A DNA stretch of 64,000 nucleotides from an uncultured Rickettsiales bacterium (GTDB lineage Bacteria > Pseudomonadota > Alphaproteobacteria > Rickettsiales > RI-342). Positions within the stretch are counted from its first letter, which is position 1. Every line of letters starts with the position of its first letter. The DNA lies in assembly GCA_964538615.1 (NCBI GenBank), contig CAZIGK010000007.1, forward strand, positions 29,422-93,421. The letters are read 5' to 3'. Under the pieces are notes generated by a model. The model ran no database searches and was not told where the DNA came from. It worked only from the letters and a program-made list of their open reading frames with translations. Below are positions 39,113 to 47,011 of the stretch, piece by piece. The position numbers and the translations under genes are program-made.

Positions 39113-39463
39113 ATGAGTGCTATTAGCCAAACCGCATCCCTGCATGCACCTGCCAGTCAGATGGCAGAGTGGCAGGTTCGTCAGGCCAATAATGGGCAGA
39201 TGAATGTAAAAAACTTTGCTGGAAATAGTAATAAAATAAAAGAGGTTGCTCAGGATTTTGAATCTATGTTCTTAGGTCAGATGTTACAACATATGTTTGA
39301 AACGGTGGAAAAGCCTGCCTTGTTTGATGGTGGGCATGCGGAAGAAATGTATCAATCTCTACTGACCGATGAATATGCCAAACAGGTTGCGGCGCGGGGC
39401 GGTATTGGCATCGCGGCGCATGTTGAACGACAATTGCTTAGCTTACAGGAGGTCTCCGCATGA
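39113..39463 (+). CDS. flgJ: flagellar rod-binding protein (single-domain FlgJ/CheL type)
   Basis: 116 aa with the FlgJ N-terminal domain signature (AQDFESMFLGQMLQHMFE). There is no muramidase domain, as is usual in alphaproteobacteria. Confidence 0.8.
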   Translation: MSAISQTASLHAPASQMAEWQVRQANNGQMNVKNFAGNSNKIKEVAQDFESMFLGQMLQHMFETVEKPALFDGGHAEEMYQSLLTDEYAKQVAARGGIGIAAHVERQLLSLQEVSA

Positions 39464-39900
39464 TACAGTCCATGAAAAACCCAACCATTGACATAAAAGA
39501 TATTATTTCGGTTACGAAAGAACTGACGGCTGTGCTGGCAGCAGAAGTCTCTCTGCTGAAGTCTATGAAGGTGCGTGATATTGAGCCACTTCAGCGCGAT
39601 AAATTGCGTCTGGCGCAGCGTTTGGATGAGATGAAGCATTACGTGAAGCAGCACCCTGAGCTGGTGCGGGAGGCTAGCGAAGAGGATTTGTCGTACTACA
39701 AGCAAGTAGCAGATGATTTCGAATACGTGATGATTCAGAACCACAATTATCTGCAAATGGCTCGGCAGGTGAATGTGCGCATCATAGGTGCCATTAAAGC
39801 CGCCGTGAAGGAGCAGCAGCCCCCTGCTACATATACCGCACGCGGAACGGATGCGGCAGCCTTGGCTGCGGCCTCGGTTCGCATTAACCAAACTTTTTAA
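39460..39900 (+). CDS. putative flagellar chaperone, FlgN-like
   Basis: 146-aa helical protein between flgJ and flgK with a 4-nt overlap on flgJ. The N-terminal heptad pattern (LTAVLAAEVSLLKSMKVRDIEPLQRDKLRLAQRLDE) resembles the FlgN family. The call rests on weak similarity plus context. Confidence 0.45.
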   Translation: MIQSMKNPTIDIKDIISVTKELTAVLAAEVSLLKSMKVRDIEPLQRDKLRLAQRLDEMKHYVKQHPELVREASEEDLSYYKQVADDFEYVMIQNHNYLQMARQVNVRIIGAIKAAVKEQQPPATYTARGTDAAALAAASVRINQTF

Positions 39901-39924
39901 CCTGTTACATCAGGATTCTTTGTT

Positions 39925-42345
39925 ATGGGACTGACTTTAGCACTAAATACGGCACTGACGGGGTTGAAGTCTAATCAATCCGCACTGGCGGTATTGTCCA
40001 ACAATATTGCCAACGCCAATACGGAAGGCTATAGCCGCCAGTCCCTAATTTTGGAATCTCGCGTTTATAATCAAATAGGTTCAGGTGTTAGTGTAGAGGG
40101 TGTATCAAGAAATGTTGATAAGTTTTTGACACGAACGGTTATTAGTCAGACATCTGTTTACCAGAGTATGTTTGTGCGTCATGAATATCAACAGCGTATT
40201 CAGTTGCAGTTGGGGCAGCCGGGTACGGAAAATAGCCTGACGTCAAAAATGGATAATTTTTTCACATCCTTTCAGGATCTTGCTGATAATTCTGATCAGG
40301 CTTCTTTAAGAGAGAACGCAGCGCAATCTGCGTTTGCGCTGGCCAATACCGCCTCGGATCTGGCTGCGAATCTGGAAGATTTGCGTTTTGAAGCTGATCG
40401 AGATATCGCTAGAGGAATCAATAAGGTAAATGCGGATATTTCAGCATTATATCAACTCAATCGCTCCATTGCAGAAAACGCTTATTATGGCAATAGCACA
40501 GCGGAGCTGCTGGATAAGCGGGATGAGCTGATACAATCCATTGCTGAGTTCCTTAATGTGCGGGTTCAGGAGTTCAACGACGGGCAAGTGCATGTTTATA
40601 CCGCTACCGGATTATCTCTGGTCGAATCAGGTCAGCGATTCCAACTGCAATATGCGCAGGCGAATTCTGTAGAGAGTTTTATCAATAAAACGCCTTCCGG
40701 GGTGATTACGGTTGCGCCAGTGGATAACAGTAACCGTGTCATTGGCCCAAGTGAAGTCTTGGTGGGGGTTTCTGAAGATGGGGTGGTGAATACCAAGCTA
40801 CAGCAAGGTAAGCTACGCGCGCTGCTGGATGTGCGGGACGTGGAAATACCCAAATATCTCGATACGCTGGATGAGATGATTTACAATTTACGTAACAGCG
40901 TGAATGCCATTCATAATCAAGGCTCTGGTTTTCCTCCGCAGCGGGAAGTCACCGCGCAGCGGGAAGTGAATACGGAAGATGTGCGCCGCTGGGATGGTAC
41001 CTTTAGCATGGCTCTGGTGAAGGCAGATGGAACGCCTCTGGATAATGCTTATGACACAACACCTCCCACCAATGTAGAGCGGGGTGGTTTGCGGCCTTTG
41101 CATCTCAATCTTAATTTTGACTCTGGCGAAGGGCAGGTGGGGGATCACTCTGCACAGACCATTGTGGATGAAATAAATGCTCATTTTGGGGCGCAGCGCC
41201 CGAAAGTGCACCTAAATAACCTGAATGATATGCGACTGGTCGCGCGTTCAGAGAATAATCCTCCCACGGGGAACATGAGTTTTGATCTGGATTTGGAAAA
41301 TATTACCGATGATCCCGCGCAAGTGCAGATTTTGGGAGTGGCCACGGTACCAGCAGCAGCGGCAACCTTTACTGCGGCGGGGCTGGAGGTGCAGGCCGGA
41401 GAAAAAATGCGTACCGGCAATGATTTGACCATTGATGTGACCGGTATGGCAGCGGTCACCACCATTCAGGTGCAGGTACAGGTGACAAACCCTGCGGATG
41501 GAACGGTGGAAACCGCGACCATAGAATATACCTACAACCCGTTTGCAACCGATATCAAAAATGACCGCTACTGGGCAACGGCGGTGACGGCGGGGACAGC
41601 AACGATTGAGAACCCAATCGCCACACAGCCGTATGCCGTGGCGGAGTTTGTGGATGCGGAAGGTAATGTGGTGGCGCAGGGGGAGGAGGGGTTTATCCGC
41701 GTACGTCCCCTGAGAAGCGATGCCTACATTGCCACGACAGATGGCACCAGCGTGGATTTGGGGGAGTTGAGTGGCGACCCGGCCATTGAAGGAACTAATT
41801 TTGGTTTGGGGCATTATTTTGGCTTCAATAACTTTTTCAACGAAAATTATTTTACGGATACGGACAGTATAACCAACTCTGGGTTCAACCTGTCTGTACG
41901 GGAAGATATTTTGAACGATACCAACCTCATTAGTACCGGTCAGCTTTCGCAAACCTTGCAGCCGGCGGCCAGTGGACTTGGGCCGTATTATACGTTTGAA
42001 CTGGGGATTGGAGACGGACGTATTGCACAACAAATAGCGGATATTTCGTTGCAAAGTGTGCGGTTTGAAGAAACAGGCTTGCTGCCTGTGACGTACCAGA
42101 GTTTTTCGTCCTTCAGTGCATCTTTTATTGCTGCGGGATCTACCGAAGCGGTCTTTACCCAGCAAAAAATGGAAAAAGAAGAGGTCTTGCTGGAAGGGTT
42201 TAAAGAAAAATCCGCAGCGGTGAGTGGGGTGAATATTGATGAAGAAATGGCCAATACCATTATTTATCAAAATGCTTATGCCGCCTCTGCGCGGGTGATT
42301 ACGGTCACGAACGAAATGTTTGATGCTTTAATTCAGGCTACCTGA
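39925..42345 (+). CDS. flgK: flagellar hook-associated protein 1 FlgK
   Basis: 806 aa. Conserved N-terminus MGLTLALNTALTGLKSNQSALAVLSNNIANANTEGYSRQ and C-terminus VNIDEEMANTIIYQNAYAASARVITVTNEMFDALI. Confidence 0.95.
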   Translation: MGLTLALNTALTGLKSNQSALAVLSNNIANANTEGYSRQSLILESRVYNQIGSGVSVEGVSRNVDKFLTRTVISQTSVYQSMFVRHEYQQRIQLQLGQPGTENSLTSKMDNFFTSFQDLADNSDQASLRENAAQSAFALANTASDLAANLEDLRFEADRDIARGINKVNADISALYQLNRSIAENAYYGNSTAELLDKRDELIQSIAEFLNVRVQEFNDGQVHVYTATGLSLVESGQRFQLQYAQANSVESFINKTPSGVITVAPVDNSNRVIGPSEVLVGVSEDGVVNTKLQQGKLRALLDVRDVEIPKYLDTLDEMIYNLRNSVNAIHNQGSGFPPQREVTAQREVNTEDVRRWDGTFSMALVKADGTPLDNAYDTTPPTNVERGGLRPLHLNLNFDSGEGQVGDHSAQTIVDEINAHFGAQRPKVHLNNLNDMRLVARSENNPPTGNMSFDLDLENITDDPAQVQILGVATVPAAAATFTAAGLEVQAGEKMRTGNDLTIDVTGMAAVTTIQVQVQVTNPADGTVETATIEYTYNPFATDIKNDRYWATAVTAGTATIENPIATQPYAVAEFVDAEGNVVAQGEEGFIRVRPLRSDAYIATTDGTSVDLGELSGDPAIEGTNFGLGHYFGFNNFFNENYFTDTDSITNSGFNLSVREDILNDTNLISTGQLSQTLQPAASGLGPYYTFELGIGDGRIAQQIADISLQSVRFEETGLLPVTYQSFSSFSASFIAAGSTEAVFTQQKMEKEEVLLEGFKEKSAAVSGVNIDEEMANTIIYQNAYAASARVITVTNEMFDALIQAT

Positions 42346-42369
42346 TACGTAAATTGAGGATGAAGAACC

Positions 42370-43275
42370 ATGGTTGCTAACCGTACCAGTACGTTGCAGT
42401 TTCACCAGACCTTGTTGGGTAATTTCTCCCGCGTGCAGGGGGATTTGGTGAAGTTACAACGCCAGATATCCAGTGGCCGTATTGCGGATACGTTTCAGGA
42501 ATTGAACGGCAAGGTGGAAAAAGTTTCTTCCTACGAGTTCAAACTGAGCGTGACCACACAGTATGTGGAATCCAACACGCAGGCCATTGCACGGCTTGAA
42601 ACCATGAATGGTGCTGTCGGCAGTGTTATTAGTGTGACCAATGAACTGCAAAGCCTGATTACCCAGGCTCGTGGCGCAACCCAAGCGCAATACCCGATTT
42701 TTGCACAGGCGGCCATGTCTAAGCTGGATCAGATTGCCGGATTTTTGAATACCAACATTGGCGGGCGCTACCTGTTTGCGGGAACCAAAACCAATGTCCC
42801 CCCCGTGATGAGTCCTGTGCCGAACAATGTGAATCTGGGCGTGCCGGATACCAATTATTATCAGGGGAATACGACCGATCAATCGGTTCGGGCGCAGGAA
42901 AATATTGAAGTTAGCTACGGTATTCGGGCGGATAATATTGCTTTTCAGAATCTGGTGGCTTCTGTTCATATGTTTGTGGATGGGTTGAACAACAATAAAA
43001 TGGTGAATATTGAAGCAGCTCTGGAGCTTTCTAATGCTGCGCAGGAAGGTTTGAATGCGGTACAGTCCAAAATCAATGGGGATTCTGTATTGCTACAGGA
43101 CATCAACAGTTTTCATGGGGCAACGGATGCGTATGTGCGGGGCATTGTGGGGGAAGAAACCGCCACGGATGTGGCCAAAGCCTCGACAGAAGTGGCGCTG
43201 AATGAGGCGATTTTGCAGGCATCATTCTCCGCCTTTGCCACGGTGAATAACCTGCGTCTGACCAACTTCCTGTAG
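42370..43275 (+). CDS. flgL: flagellar hook-associated protein 3 FlgL
   Basis: 301-aa flagellin-fold protein immediately after flgK (ISSGRIADTF... N-terminus; C-terminal LNEAILQASFSAFATVNNLRLTNFL). Confidence 0.85.
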   Translation: MVANRTSTLQFHQTLLGNFSRVQGDLVKLQRQISSGRIADTFQELNGKVEKVSSYEFKLSVTTQYVESNTQAIARLETMNGAVGSVISVTNELQSLITQARGATQAQYPIFAQAAMSKLDQIAGFLNTNIGGRYLFAGTKTNVPPVMSPVPNNVNLGVPDTNYYQGNTTDQSVRAQENIEVSYGIRADNIAFQNLVASVHMFVDGLNNNKMVNIEAALELSNAAQEGLNAVQSKINGDSVLLQDINSFHGATDAYVRGIVGEETATDVAKASTEVALNEAILQASFSAFATVNNLRLTNFL

Positions 43276-43330
43276 GGATGTTAACGATGCAGTAAAAACT
43301 AATCAGTAAGCTAAAAAGGAGACGTTGATT

Positions 43331-43888
43331 ATGTGGATGGGAAATCAGAATACTATGGGTGTTAGCGAAACCACACCGCCAGTTTCTGCACAGGCGGTGG
43401 ATATGAATGCCAGTTCGATTGAAGTGGAAACCCGCTTTGGTAAAGCCACGATTTACCCGGCCAGAGCGATTCAGTTCCGTAATGGGTTGCTGGGGTTTGA
43501 AGGATTGGATCGTTTCTGCCTGACAGAGTTCCCCATGCAGCGTATGCAGCATTTTAAGCTTTTGCAGTCATTGGACGACAAAGATTTGTCCTTTATTACC
43601 CTGCCATTGGCGATTCATAATGACTTTATTGCGGCAGAAGATGTGCTGGATGCAGCCAAGAGCCTGTCTATACCCACGGAGCATCTGGCGGTTTTGCTGA
43701 TTGTATCGGTGCATCGGCGGGTGAATGTCGTGAATCTTTCCGTCAATGCACGGGCACCGTTGCTGGTGGATGTGGATCGGAAAGTGGCGTATCAGCATGT
43801 ATTTGCCAACAACCGGTATGATATACGGCATCCGGTATCTTATGCAGATGGTACTTCTGCGAAGGCTGCCGTGCCAAGTGCATCATAA
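43331..43888 (+). CDS. fliW: flagellar assembly factor FliW
   Basis: IEVETRFGKATIYPARAIQFRNGLLGFEGLDRFCLTEF...FKLLQSLDDKDLSFITLPL fits FliW. ATG 43331 has an AGGAG 9 nt upstream; the track ORF opens at 43325. Confidence 0.8.
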   Translation: MWMGNQNTMGVSETTPPVSAQAVDMNASSIEVETRFGKATIYPARAIQFRNGLLGFEGLDRFCLTEFPMQRMQHFKLLQSLDDKDLSFITLPLAIHNDFIAAEDVLDAAKSLSIPTEHLAVLLIVSVHRRVNVVNLSVNARAPLLVDVDRKVAYQHVFANNRYDIRHPVSYADGTSAKAAVPSAS

Positions 43889-43896
43889 GCATACCC

Positions 43897-43952
43897 GTAC
43901 AGGCTCGCTTACAGGCCCGGTTACAGGCCCGGTTACAGGCCCGGTTACAGGC
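43897..43952. repeat. 12-bp tandem repeat, about 4.7 copies (TTACAGGCCCGG)
   Basis: GTACAGGCTCGC, then TTACAGGCCCGG three times, then TTACAGGC. It begins 9 nt after the fliW stop codon. Confidence 0.95.
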
Positions 43953-43994
43953 ATGCCCCCTTGCTGGAAACGACTGGTGATGGGGCATGTTTTG
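43952..43994 (+). terminator. candidate intrinsic terminator of the flgI-fliW operon
   Basis: CATGCCCC (43952-43959) / GGGGCATG (43982-43989) followed by TTTTGTTT. The 22-nt loop is long, so confidence is moderate. Confidence 0.5.
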
Positions 43995-44195
43995 TTTACA
44001 AAACGCGTGTGTTGAGCAAGGCATTCCGCAATAGAAGTCACCGGAGCATCGAACAGTCAGTCATTGTAGCAAAAAGCGATGGCGTGCAACGCGACTATCA
44101 GGAATAGGCTGTTTTTGCGTGGGATATGTCACGTGAAAGGCGCCTTACCCGCTCAGGATGACGACAAATCAACGGTTGAGTGGGAAAGATACACT

Positions 44196-44378
44196 CTAAA
44201 ATAGCGTGCCCCAATCCGCCACTTGTTGTGCAGCATGTGCCAGCATCGCTTTCAATTCTGGCCCCATCGCATCCATTGCCCAAACAATCGTTGCGGTGGC
44301 GATGGCGGCAATAATGGCATATTCAACAGCTTGTGCGCCGGATTCTGATTGGAGAAAAGCCTGAGTATCTTTACGCAT
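44196..44378 (-). CDS. Flp-family type IVb pilin
   Basis: 60 aa: MRKDTQAFLQSESG/AQAVEYAIIAAIATATIV. This is the Flp motif, with a G/A prepilin cleavage site followed by xxEYxxI and a hydrophobic helix. Confidence 0.8.
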   Translation of the reverse strand: MRKDTQAFLQSESGAQAVEYAIIAAIATATIVWAMDAMGPELKAMLAHAAQQVADWGTLF

Positions 44379-44518
44379 ACGTAGTAGCCTTTACGCGGAT
44401 AACATAATGCCATACTAACATAGTAACATGACAAAAAAACGAAGAAAGCATAAGATTGTGTCGTGACCAGATATTTCACGGTCTGCCATGTGATGGCGTG
44501 AGCTAACAGGAGTTCTGC

Positions 44519-45688
44519 ATGCAAAAAACAGCCTTGGTAAACGCGTTCCGTTGTCTGGCGGCGGATTGTCCGGATACCTGCTGCAAAGGCTGGGGGATGC
44601 AGGTGGATAAAGCGCATGTTGAGCTGTACCGGCAGCAGGCGCCCGAATTGCTGGATGCCGTGACCCATGGTGAAGCAGAGCATATTATGCGTCGGGACAC
44701 TACAACGGATTATTGCGTGAAATATGCCGGGGGATTGTGTAGCATTCATGCGCAATACGGAGAACAATTTCTGGGGGATGCCTGCCATTTATACCCTCGC
44801 TCTACCAAGCGATTGGGAGAGCATATGACCATGACCGCGGCTATGTCCTGTCCGGAGGTTGTGCGTTTGCATCTGACATTAGAGAAACCCACAGAATGGC
44901 AGACGGACGGCGAAGCAACACGCTTGCCGGAAAATTTGCGGGACTATACACCGGAGGGAATGTCGGCAGAGGATGCATGGCAGATTCACGAAAGCCTGTT
45001 ACGCTATGGCGATGACCCAGCCATCACCAGCAGGCTGTGGTTGGTTGCGCTGCATAATGTGGCGCGCTCTTTGCGCTGTCAACCACCGCAAAATTGGGCG
45101 GCAGCCACGGGTTTTTATCTGCGGTCAGCGTCGCAGCTACGGGTGGAACCGGTCGTGGATGCGATGATGCCGTATCGACTGTTGCAGCTTTTTACCCTGT
45201 TGCTGCGTGCGGGTAGTGCAAGTATGAAGGCGCGCCTTACCCCCTTGCGAGATAAAATGGCGTTGTTGCTGCGTGTGACCCTTGATGAAGAAGACGCCAG
45301 CCTGACGTTGGATGGTACCCCGGCACATTTACAAGCGGCTCTTCAGGCACGTTGGACAACGCTTGCAAATGCGGCTGATGTGGATGCATGGCTTAAACGT
45401 TGGGTTGCCGGAGAAATACAGTGTTTTATGTATCCCCTGGGGGGGCTTGGTCAGGATGTGCTGGAGCGCACCCAGATATTGGCGGTGAAATATGCCCTGT
45501 TGCGTTTGGCGCTACAGGCGCAGATTGAGCCGGGAAAGGCGTTGTCGCAGGATGTGGTGATAGACGTGATGTATCAGTTAGCACGTTATCTGGATCACCT
45601 GTCGGATGCCACGTTGCTACTGAGTTTAATTCAGGATGCGGGATGGAATGCTGAAGGCGCCATGAACGGCCTGCTGCTGGGGGGGTGA
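44519..45688 (+). CDS. fliB: flagellin lysine-N-methylase FliB family protein
   Basis: 389 aa with a Cys-rich N-terminus (FRCLAADCPDTCCKGWGMQVDK...GGLCSIHAQYGEQFLGDACHLYPR...SCPEVVRL), as in Salmonella FliB and the CxxCxxCC family. Confidence 0.7.
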   Translation: MQKTALVNAFRCLAADCPDTCCKGWGMQVDKAHVELYRQQAPELLDAVTHGEAEHIMRRDTTTDYCVKYAGGLCSIHAQYGEQFLGDACHLYPRSTKRLGEHMTMTAAMSCPEVVRLHLTLEKPTEWQTDGEATRLPENLRDYTPEGMSAEDAWQIHESLLRYGDDPAITSRLWLVALHNVARSLRCQPPQNWAAATGFYLRSASQLRVEPVVDAMMPYRLLQLFTLLLRAGSASMKARLTPLRDKMALLLRVTLDEEDASLTLDGTPAHLQAALQARWTTLANAADVDAWLKRWVAGEIQCFMYPLGGLGQDVLERTQILAVKYALLRLALQAQIEPGKALSQDVVIDVMYQLARYLDHLSDATLLLSLIQDAGWNAEGAMNGLLLGG

Positions 45689-45740
45689 GGGGGGGCTTGC
45701 TCTTTTGGGTTAGGTATGCTGGTGTGCCCTATATATCACA

Positions 45741-46040
45741 CAAGCCACTTTTTGATGCCGGGCATGCACCCACGCATTGCAATCAGGCACTGAGCAAGAT
45801 AGCATAATAGTCGGATAGGTGCATTTTGCATCGGTCTGGGGCGTCGAAACCCCTCAGCGTTAGCGGTCGTAGTGCGACCGATATCATAGCACTCCTCGGC
45901 TCTTTAGGGTCGGGGAGGTGTCATCGTATGTTCAGGGTTTGCCTTTGCGGCTGAAGCCTAAAGGATGGCACGGACCTTTCTAATGCTAGGTTTTTCGAAC
46001 TCCCCGACCACCAGAGAGCTTTGTTACTTCTGGTGGTTTT
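45741..46040 (+). ncRNA. candidate structured RNA (stand-alone sRNA or terminator-type 5' leader of the OMP gene); family unknown
   Basis: Possible promoter TTGGGT-N18-CTATAT (45705-45734). Hairpins at 45838-45853 and 45864-45880. A 10-bp long-range helix, GGTCGGGGAG 45908-45917 / CTCCCCGACC 46000-46009. An intrinsic terminator at the 3' end. The 5' end is a guess. Confidence 0.35.
46007..46040 (+). terminator. intrinsic terminator 40 nt upstream of the OMP gene start
   Basis: ACCACCAGA (46007-46015) / TCTGGTGGT (46029-46037), a 13-nt loop, then TTT. Confidence 0.75.
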
Positions 46041-46079
46041 CACGATTTTGTTCAAAACTTACCGAAAGGCTTTTCGACT

Positions 46080-46691
46080 ATGAAGAACTATATTATTTCC
46101 GGCTGTCTTTCCCTTACTGCGCTGGCTCTTAGTAGTACTGCACAGGCGGCAGAACCCCACGATGTTTATGCCGGTATTACGGGTGGGTATAGTATGACCA
46201 ATGCGGATGCAACGCTGACGGGCTTTCTGCCGTTTGATGTAGAGCCAAAAGGTTGGGACGCAGGGTTAGTTATTGGTTATCGTCATATTATGCCAAATAA
46301 GGTGTTCCTAGGCATTGAAGGCGAGTATGTCTGGTCTAATGCAGATGATAATCTTGCAGGCGTTTTGGAATATGAGAAAAAAAATTCCTACGGTATTTAC
46401 TTTAAGCCGGGCTACCAAGTGACAGATAAACTGGATGTTTTTGGAACATTAGGATACCGTTGGAATGAGTATGAAGCGACTGTTGTTGGATTCGGCAGTG
46501 ATGAAGACACGCTGGGAGGTTGGACGCTTGGTGCTGGCGCAGAATGGCATTTTACTCCGATGATAGGTGTGTCTGCTGAGTATCAGTATGTAGGGTTGGA
46601 AAAGAAAAGCTATGACTATGGAGGAGGGACGACATTGAATTACGATGGAAATGAAAATGTCATTAAAACCGCACTGAAGTTTCATTTTTAG
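46080..46691 (+). CDS. small outer-membrane beta-barrel protein (OmpA-like 8-strand / OMP_b-brl family)
   Basis: Signal peptide MKNYIISGCLSLTALALSSTAQA. Alternating-hydrophobicity strands rich in G/Y (YAGITGGYS, GLVIGYRH, FLGIEGEYVW, GAGAEWHF). C-terminal ...ALKFHF with a terminal Phe. Confidence 0.8.
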   Translation: MKNYIISGCLSLTALALSSTAQAAEPHDVYAGITGGYSMTNADATLTGFLPFDVEPKGWDAGLVIGYRHIMPNKVFLGIEGEYVWSNADDNLAGVLEYEKKNSYGIYFKPGYQVTDKLDVFGTLGYRWNEYEATVVGFGSDEDTLGGWTLGAGAEWHFTPMIGVSAEYQYVGLEKKSYDYGGGTTLNYDGNENVIKTALKFHF

Positions 46692-46736
46692 TGCGCCGAG
46701 CCATGTTTCTTTTTTTCGACCTTTTATGATTACTTG

Positions 46737-46772
46737 CCCTGCTCATCCCTATAGTGAGCAGGGATTTTTTTT
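46737..46772 (+). terminator. intrinsic terminator after the OMP gene
   Basis: CCCTGCTCA (46737-46745) / TGAGCAGGG (46755-46763) followed by A-T8. Confidence 0.85.
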
Positions 46773-46777
46773 CGTGG

Positions 46778-46797
46778 ATGCCTGCCTTCGCAGGCAT
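46778..46797. repeat. REP-like palindrome ATGCCTGC-cttc-GCAGGCAT (within GGATGCCTGC...GCAGGCATGACG)
   Basis: Perfect 8-bp inverted repeat. It shares the GGATxCC...GGxATGAC frame with the elements at 51685-51710 and 61880-61922. Confidence 0.7.
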
Positions 46798-46901
46798 GAC
46801 GAGATGTATTTAGGTCATTGGGACAAGAAGCGAGCACAGGAGTGCGAGCCTTTGAGCCGAGCGTCAGCGAGAGGGCGAAGCCACGCCAACGGTTGTGTCA
46901 T

Positions 46902-46923
46902 GCGCAGGCAAGCAGGCCTGCGC
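46902..46923. repeat. REP-like palindrome GCGCAGGC-aagcag-GCCTGCGC
   Basis: Perfect 8-bp inverted repeat. It is preceded by GTCATGC, the inverse of the GCATGAC that ends the first element about 100 nt upstream. Confidence 0.65.
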
Positions 46924-47011
46924 CAGCCTTGAGCCGCCCTCATTTGCGAGACAGTAGTCGAGCAAGGAGGGAATAAAATAACCGAATGGAGCCAAAGAGA
47001 AGATTTCCCGA

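Noticed and set aside
41248-42270. 340-aa ORF antisense to flgK. Similar long antisense ORFs occur at 7958-8602 (in thiC), 13200-13973 and 14080-14922 (in typA), 22836-23345 (in the SPOR gene), 57667-58212 and 28166-28675.
   Set aside because: Each lies entirely inside a confidently identified gene on the other strand. Their compositions are His/Arg/Cys/Pro-rich and typical of antisense frames, and they match no family.
44252-44788. 178-aa minus-strand ORF spanning the flp-fliB intergenic region.
   Set aside because: It overlaps both the Flp pilin gene (different frame) and the 5' end of fliB, and its sequence has no protein-like features.
45908-46013. Possible tmRNA or tRNA-like gene: a 10-bp acceptor-like helix (GGTCGGGGAG / CTCCCCGACC) followed by ACCA and preceded by TTCGAA.
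   Set aside because: There is no G3:U70 pair (position 3 is T:A). No T-arm can be drawn next to the 3' strand. No Ala-rich tag ORF is present (no ANDN.../...LAA reading frame). The enclosed ~82 nt do not fit a tRNA cloverleaf. I kept it only as part of the unknown structured-RNA candidate.
46726-46932. 68-aa + strand ORF in the OMP-gltB spacer.
   Set aside because: It is a read-through of the terminator and the REP-like palindromes (…DACLRRHDE… is the usual artefactual translation of such elements). It has no RBS.
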